Shown here: positions 55,701 to 64,000 of the stretch, one piece after another
Layout of the letters: the number at the start of each line of letters is the position of its first letter
Position numbering within the stretch: position 1 is the stretch's first letter
From: the human T2T-CHM13v2.0 reference genome, Homo sapiens
Length of the DNA stretch: 64,000 bases
Assembly: GCF_009914755.1 (NCBI RefSeq)
Contig: NC_060926.1
Reading direction: 5' to 3' (one strand)
The notes under the pieces: model-generated
The model's database searches: none
Told to the model about the DNA's origin: nothing
Seen by the model: only the letters and a program-made list of their open reading frames with translations
Translations under genes and position numbers: made by a program

Positions 55701-56839
55701 AAGCCTAAACATAATTCATCAACCACATATCTTAAAAGATGATATATTTCAAAGAATTTCAGTGGAAATTATGGGTCAATATATTTTTAAGAAGGTCCTT
55801 ACGAAGACAATATTGCCTTCCCTATGCCTGGTTATATTTGTTTAATTGGACATTCTACACTTTTCTAGAGATTTTGCTTACTTACAATCAGATGAATTGA
55901 AACTCATTAGCCAATGTGGTTTGTATTCCACATTGTTCCTTCTGGAAACCCTTTTTAGGGTCACATTGACAGCTGCCAGTTTTCAGACTAAAGGCTCTTC
56001 ATGCTGATAAACTGCATACATATATTGAACCAACAATTCCACAATTTCAATTGACTTAACACTTTTCTTATGTCATCTAGTCTTGTTTTCTATATCTAGT
56101 GTCACAAGTAGTACAAAATGTTCAACATATTATAGTATATGAGAAACCACTTTCCTTGGGAGCTGTCATTTTGGGATATTGTCAGTAAGAATGAGGAATT
56201 CTCCATCATGCCTGGTTTCTTACACTGTTCAACTGAAAATTAGTGTTTTTCAAAAATGTCTTTAAGAACCACTAAGTGGAAGAAGATGGAAGATTGTCAA
56301 AACTATCCACATCACTACACTAGGAAAATTTGAAGACATGAAAAATGGTGTGGTTTTCTGTAGGGTTCTCTGTTTGAAAACACAGAATTCTGACCTGATT
56401 GCATAGCTCTGGATAATAATGTATTGGAGTCATCTGTGTAATCAAAAGAGATTAAAAATTCAACCACTAAAGTGAATCAATGTGTTTAGGAATACTGTTG
56501 AAAAAGTCTAAATAATTTCAAATGAAAAGTATATTATCTACACAACTCTAATTCAAAGTTTGCATTAAGAAGATATCTAACGAACAAACATGCAGAAAAG
56601 AGTTATTACTTCAGGGAAGGCAAATATGATGATGTGGTGTCATAAGGGAAACATGCAGTTTTAAAGATGTCCACAGTGATAATTCACCATTGAAAAGTAT
56701 CCCAGATTTAGAATCTTGTAATATGACTAAATAGCAGATTTCTAATTGCTCAATGGGATAATACATCATCTGTCCTTAATATTTCCTGAATGCTGGTGAA
56801 TTGTCACAAAAGCATTCATGATTAAGAAACAACAGGGAA

Positions 56840-57227
<388 letters not shown>

Positions 57228-59884
57228 CTAACCAACTTTCACCAGGTGTAATCCATGCACAACCAAAACCTTTTACTGTGAGAGCGAAGCTCTTATGGAG
57301 TTCTACCTCATCAGTGATCTACCATTATAAGATATAAAAGACTAGTAGATTCTATTCATGAAACCATTTTTCTTGGCTTGGTATTAATTTTGGTAAGAGA
57401 TGAGTTACCAAGTTAGAAATTAGTGTGGTCCCAAATTAAAACATTAAAAAGAACCACCTAAGGTAAATATAAATATGTGATATAAAATTGTCAAAATGAA
57501 TCCTTTCAGACCTTACATCATTTTCAATGGGAAGTATATATCAGTCATTGCTAACAGCTGGTTAATATTATGTGAAATACCACAGAGTACAATAGCTTTA
57601 AAGAATTTTTTATTCTTAATATATGAATTCTATATTCCATATTTTTAGAAGAAACCAAAATAATAACTTGAGTAAGAGGATAAACGATGAAAAATGTAAA
57701 GTAATCTGTGTAAATAAATACTCTGAGTAAAGCTAGTAACATAACCATATCTATGACACTTAAGTATATAGGGTTTAGGTAAGTGAAGGGGGCAAAAAAA
57801 AATGCAATTATAAGCAAATTCAGAATGATCAGCATACATAGAGGAACAATTAGTCATATGGGCTGAAAACACGTTACAGTCACCAAACACAGCACAAAGA
57901 AAAGCTTTGTAACACAGCCACTATCTTTCTAAAAAGTGACAGCAGAAGATGCCAAAAGCTACAGTGATTATCTGAATCACAGAAAAAAGAGGTGTCACCT
58001 TTGAGCTGAAAGAAGACCATGTATAGAGGTTCAACTAGTAATGTCAAGAGTTGGTAACCATTGGCAAAATAACATGCATCTTCAGGGAGAAAATGCCATA
58101 TTGATCATTTCAGTTCATACTATAAGTAGAAAAGCAGCAACTAAGTATGACACACATGTGCCTTATTTTTATCTACATATAAGTTGTCTGCTGTATAAAG
58201 CTTCTGGGTTAGTGTACAAACATATATATGAAAATGATTAAATGTTAATTGCTACCCATATAGCATAATCAAAATAAAAATAATTGTAATACTGCATGCA
58301 TATCTATTTCTAAAATTCTTTAATTGAAGTCTGTGCATTTGATGCTGTCTCTTGATAGCTTTGTGTTTGTATATTCAAATTTAAGGAAGGTGATACACCA
58401 TGCAAACAGAACCCTTCATTAAGGTATACTTTCACCTGATGAGAGTAGACACTCACTTGACTTTATGATTTGAATTACTGAACCAATGCTACAGGAGAGT
58501 GTGCCTATGGCCCAGATTTTGTACATGAGGTATTTTTTCCCAAATTCCCAAAAGTTTATTATTAAAACCTAAATAACTTTTTGGAATTTTATGTTTAATC
58601 ATAAGCTTTTAAAAGTAATAAATTCTAAAATACAATCTACAATTATTAATTAATCATAATCATTGGCAATAATGGCTTAATATAAGCTATTTCTTATTAG
58701 ATGTTGTTTAGCATTTTATCTTAGAATTCATTTTGGTGTCTGAGTCTCCTTGGGGCTAATACAAAGTTGATGTATAGGATACATCAAGTCATCCTATAAT
58801 CAACTACCTACTTAGCTATTAGAACCTAAGAGACTATCTTTGTTTTACTTTCAAGACTTCAGACTGATGAGTCATTAAATAAATATGTACTGAATGCCTA
58901 CCTACTCTGTGTCTGGTACTGTGTCTGGACCTTACAATGGTAGGACTTTCCCTGCCACTAGGGAGCCTACAGAATGAGTGAAATTCTGTGCCATTCCTGT
59001 TGACTCCCCTTCAAGCTATTCCCCATGCACATATATCCACATATATCCAAAAGAAACAGGTAAAGTCCATCTATGCACATAAAAGCCCACTTATTTTTTC
59101 TCCCAATTATAAGAGAACAACTTTTCAAGGCTATATAAAAAAGAGAGCCTTGCTATTTTCTAACACGTATTTTTACAGACAAGTAGTACATAGTATATAT
59201 ACTAAAACTTTGCTAAACAAATCAAGTTGATGTCTTACTGGAGCAATGAATTGACCTCTAATAACAGCTATAGCTCACCTATAGTAATCAGATAAAACTA
59301 GATTACCCTGGATTAACAAATTTTTTTTTGTTTTCTTTTTTTGTTTGTTTGTTTGTTTTTGGTGTAGAAGGGGAATGTTGTGAAAGAGAACAGTTGGAAA
59401 ACCCAAAAATATACAAATCCACAAATACTTAGTTTATGTCTATAAACAAAGAAAAAGCCTTTTACTTATCTTCAGAAATGAAAGTATAAGCACAAAGACA
59501 ATTGATCAAATTATTAATTGTGGTCTTCTACTGGAGAGTATGACCCATGTCATTTTAGTTATACATAAAGAAAAATAATGGTGTAGGTGATACCTAATGT
59601 TATCCATGTATCCGTGAAGAAAAAGTACTGCACAGAAATATGAACACAACTAATCAGATTTATCTTTTATATATGACATTTTATAGATGCTAGCAGATTT
59701 TTCTAAGCTTTCTTAAAACTGTCATTATAAAATATTTGTAATACTAAAGTCAAGAATTTAATTTAGTATCATGGATCTAATTCATTAACTCTTTTGAAGT
59801 AAAAGTAAATCAAATTTTAATAAACTTTAGTCTGACAATATTTGCTCACATTAAAAAAATTATTTAGAACTTTAACATGTGTGA

Positions 59885-60065
59885 TATATAATAAATAACA
59901 GATATATATTTTACATATAATATATAATATATATGTGTTGGATAAATATATAAGGATACATATATATGAACATATATGTATATGTATACATATATATGAA
60001 CATATATGTATATGTATACATATATATGTATATACACACATATGTATCCTTATATATTTATACAA
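59885..60065. repeat. AT-rich repeat: 30-bp tandem unit enclosed by a 22-bp perfect inverted repeat
   Basis: Arms at 59942-59963 and 60040-60061; unit atacatatatatgaacatatatgtatatgt in two full copies plus a partial one. Confidence 0.9.
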
Positions 60066-60880
60066 TAATCAGTATATTATTACAAAGTAATTGTATATTT
60101 CTCCAAAAATAAGGAGGCAGTGGTTATTTAAAACAATAATATCAAAAAGTCTCCTCAAAATAAAACACATCCATATTTTAACATAATTGCAATTTGGTCA
60201 TATTGGTTATAGTATAAACATAATATTGATTTAGAAGGACACATTTTTCAGATCTTAGGAAAATTACAGGTAACAAATTCATCATTCCTCCATCTCCCTC
60301 TTCCCTTCTTGGTTACACTGTATGTATCTTTATCACTTCACTATTTATAAAGTGATCTATCAATGAACAACATCTTTTAAATCACTGTCCTTGCTTCATT
60401 CTTTTTCCTAACATTTTCTTGCTAGTTGGTATCCATCATTCTTACCCACATTTGGGGAGATAGAAAAGTTTTTGTATTCCTCATTTTGTTGTACCTATCC
60501 ACCTAATGCCTTAAAAATCAAATTATTAACATGCAGGATAAGTCACCTAATCATGAGAATTAGCAGCTTTTTGGTTTAATTATAATCATAAACTTTTCTT
60601 CTGAATCAATGTTCACGTATTCAATCATTTATCTTCAGAAATGTCTTCTTATATCAAAAATTCAAATCTGAGACTTTATCTCCTTTCACATTTTACAATG
60701 TCTGAACTTCTTTATAATCTATTTTAGACTCTAACAACTTTGTAAATATATTACTTGTCATTGTTCTCTACTTTTAAGTTTGAATGTGATATCACTCTTT
60801 ATAGAAGGCTCCAAGCAAATCTGAGAATAAGTTTTGAATTGATTTAGTTACTTTTTACGTGCATTTATTTCCAAATGCAC

Positions 60881-60978
60881 ACTAAAATATTAGGTTGGTG
60901 CAAAAGTAATTACAGTTTTTGCCATTAAAAGTAATGATAAAAACTGCAATTATGTTCGCACCAACCTAATAGTTATTA
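60881..60978 (-). ncRNA. MIR548F2: miR-548 family precursor, most likely pre-miR-548f-2; mature miR-548f-3p at 60902-60920
   Basis: Minus strand reads UAAUAACUAUUAGGUUGGUGCGAACAUAAUUGCAGUUUUUAUCAUUACUUUUAAUGGCAAAAACUGUAAUUACUUUUGCACCAACCUAAUAUUUUAGU, containing AAAAACUGUAAUUACUUUU; matches my recollection of hsa-mir-548f-2 (not searched). Confidence 0.82.
60890..60969. mobile_element. MADE1 (Hsmar1-derived MITE), 80 bp
   Basis: ttaggttggtgcaaaagtaatt...aattatgttcgcaccaacctaa, palindromic, TA duplication at 60888-89 and 60970-71. Confidence 0.97.
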
Positions 60979-63067
60979 GAAAGATGGTGGTTATACAAAT
61001 TAGATCTCTTTCGTCACACATTTTCTTCTAAATGTATATTTTCAAGTGTCTTAGTAATTTCTTGCAGCTGAAATAGAGAAGCTGATATTTTTATTAAATA
61101 GTTTTCAGAAAACCTCAATCTCTTTCTTTATCTCTACCACTGCTCTTTGGCTTTCTCTAAACATACACCTGTATGCACCATAAATATATTTATTGTGAAT
61201 ATGAAAGTTCCTCAAGGTTCCTGCGTGTTTATATCTAACATCACTGATCTATAAGGCATATATTAAACTTTAGTGCTTCTTTAGTAATAATGATGCGCTT
61301 GTACCACCACCTATCCACACTCTCACACAATCACCCCTTTTGAAGTAAAGCCTATATTTTAAAAATAACCATTACAGATTGTGAGTGCAGTCTAGGATCA
61401 CATAGCAGAACTAAAAGCTAACTGGCCCACCCACAAAGTAAATGTGAGACAGAGGGCTCGGGGTAGCCATACTCTAGCCAAGTAGTACTGACAGATACCA
61501 ATAGATATAATCAAATGTTACACATTTGTGTTTGCAAACGGGATAAATATTTTCCTGACCAATCTATACTTTTGATGATTCAAGCTACAGGATAAGTTTT
61601 AAAAATGTCTTTTGCACTTATCTACATTACTTAATAGTATCTTCTTGTCATAGACAACTGTTTTACACCATTTTAGTAGGAAATCAATTTGTCATTCAAT
61701 TCCATTTTCTAATGCAGTAGTCCAACCCAACCCAGAATGCATTATTGATATGGAAATGAGTGTAATTAGCAGCGTAAATGATCTGTTATTTATGATACAA
61801 GTCAGAGCAGTAAATCACCATTGGCTCACTATCATTACTATGCAAATAGAAGAAAGCAGTTAATGGTCCATGTGTTTAAAACAGGCCACTTGCTTGCTCA
61901 TTTGCAAATGAAAGGCAAGGGTGAGAGTTTAAGGTAGAGATGACAGTTTATCATATTGTCAGTCCTGGTACTTGGACTTAAGAAAACCAAGACACACCAA
62001 TCATTATGCTAGTTTTAAACGTTATCCCCTTTCTCTACTGTATATTCTGCCTCGAACCTATTCTTACAGCACCTTCAAACTTATTTTGGGTTCCCTGTGA
62101 TTTGCACATTGGAAGTGGAAATAATTGTGAGAGTGCTTGTAAGTGTTTCGCACTGTATGAGATAGTTTTTATGCCATATGGGAAAAACACAATAAAAATT
62201 CACTATTATGAAATAAAATAGCATCATTGGTCATATAATTCACTTCCTTTTCCTACAAATAAATTTTATTTTCTTGTAAGGAGAGAAACTAGCAATAATT
62301 TGAGTAGTTAGAGAATAAAGGAAATATTTGTGAGCCTTACTGGAATTTATTCAGTATACCTGAAAGAAATTGGTCTGCCTGTCCTGGTTGCTCTCTTTTC
62401 GTTTAATATTCCAGGGAATGTGAGAGCTTGTGGGGAAACGTGAGTGCATTAGCAGCAGGCCAATGCTTGCTTAGTGAAATGGGAACAAAGGCAAGACACA
62501 TGAAAAGCTAGAGGAAGAAGAGGGATTGAGGGCAAATGCAAATTCTGCAAGCTTCACTTGCATAGATCTGATCATTTTTTAAAGTATTTGACAGACTTTC
62601 AGAAATACAGAACTGAGAAAGAATAATAATGTCTTTATATTGAAGGTGTACATAGTAGAAAGGATCTCAATCTCACATAAATTATCTCCATTTTGCAAAT
62701 ATATAAATAAAACTGACAAATCACTTATGAAACCTTATTTTGGTTTGTTGTTATTTTTATTAAGCTATGGATTCAAGAATGACATACAAATTGGGCATGA
62801 ATTTTATATACAGGAAATGATAATAATATTTAAACAGTAGAAAATACTTTTTCTTATACCAACATTTTTTCTTAAATTATATGTACAGAGTGGTTGGAAC
62901 AATGCTTTAATTCATCTTTCTTATCAGCTTATGTTTTGTAAATATTATGTTTTTCTTTAATTCCAAGGAAATAGCTAGGCCATTATATTTCCTTGCCTCA
63001 TTGGTTTTTCCAGAGATAATCTTCCTTCTTGGCTTTTGTTTTTGAAACCTAAACCAGGAAGAAAGAT

Positions 63068-63338
63068 TATATGAGGAATCTGAAAAAGTCAAATTCATAG
63101 AACCAAAGGGTGAAATGATAGTTGTCCAGGACTGGAGAGGAGAAAATGGGAAATGGCTAATCAATGAGCATGAAGTTTCAGTAAAGAAAAATTAATAAGA
63201 AAGTCTACAGATCTGGTGCAAAACATTGTACCTATAGCTAATAATACCACATTGTATACTAAAAATGTAAGAAAATAGATTTCATGTTGTGTTCTTATCA
63301 CAATAAAATAAAATTTAAATAAATAAAGTAAAATAAAA
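63068..63338 (+). mobile_element. Old L1 3' end (L1MA10/MB1-like)
   Basis: ttatatgaggaatctgaaaaagtcaaattcatagaa...aaatgggaaatggctaatcaatg...atttcatgttgtgttcttatcacaataaaataaaa. Confidence 0.85.
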
Positions 63339-63558
63339 CCTTAAGTCCAGTGAGAAGTTTAAGCTAGAGGAAAGGTAGATGGTTTTGGGTTGAGCCCATG
63401 CATTTGTTATCAAGAAGAGAAGAGACAAGTGCATACTCACTAAGTCTGGGAAAGGAAGGGACATCTGTAGGCATAACAGATAGAGGGATACAAGTGCACT
63501 CCCAGGCAGCACTCAGGAAATGAACTGACTTCAGGGGAGGGGTTATGTGGAACCCCAG

Positions 63559-64000
63559 TGTATCAGTCAGATTCCCAGCAACTACTTTATGAGACATTCA
63601 AATTAGGATAATTTAAAGAATGTTAATATAAAAGTTATTAATTTTAAGAGTTTGAGCAATGTAAAGGAATTACTAGGGACAGTGCAGGAATGAGAGCAGT
63701 TTATTTGAGCTGGCATTAGCCCCAGGCCCAGCAAGACTAAAGCAGGGAAGAGAGAGATTATAGAACAAAGAGAAACTTACAAATGCAGCTTCCTTCAGAG
63801 CAGCAATGACCTTCCCTTGAAAGACACAGATTAAGAAGATCTCACAGAGAGGGAACCAGGAGAACAAATACTTAGTTTCACTGTCCTTTCTCTCTCTCTG
63901 ATTCCCTGCTGGGGCTTTCCAAATGGGTCATTGGACAATCCTAAACAAAACCCAGAAAGCACAGGAGTCTACTGATAATCATCCACACAGGCCAGCTTCC
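63559..64000 (-). mobile_element. LTR33-type ERVL LTR, cut by the window end
   Basis: tgtatcagtcagattcccagca...ttcaaattaggataattt...agggaaccaggagaacaaatac...ccagaaagcacaggagtctactgat resembles the LTR33 reverse complement. Confidence 0.75.

Overview
AT-rich primate, most likely human, genomic DNA with no supportable protein-coding exon. The best anchor is an 80-bp MADE1 hairpin (60890-60969). Its minus strand plus flanks (60881-60978) matches, from memory, pre-miR-548f-2 and contains the mature miR-548f-3p sequence. That would place the window inside the very long first intron of ERBB4, transcribed on the minus strand; this is recalled, not searched. The rest is a repeat landscape: Alu/FAM/FRAM, MIR, L1, L2, MaLR and ERVL LTRs, hAT and Tc1/mariner DNA transposons (including a near full-length dead Hsmar2) and AT-rich tandem or palindromic repeats. 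The listed ORFs trace to repeats or are short chance frames. I see no convincing new biological system. The best leads are several minus-strand cryptic microexon or recursive-splice candidates that would truncate ERBB4, an AP-1 site cluster, two homeodomain/POU-motif-rich unique segments, a twin-primed L1, a template-switch scar in Hsmar2, a close inverted Alu pair and two cruciform-capable AT palindromes. Subfamily calls and old-repeat boundaries are by eye and approximate.
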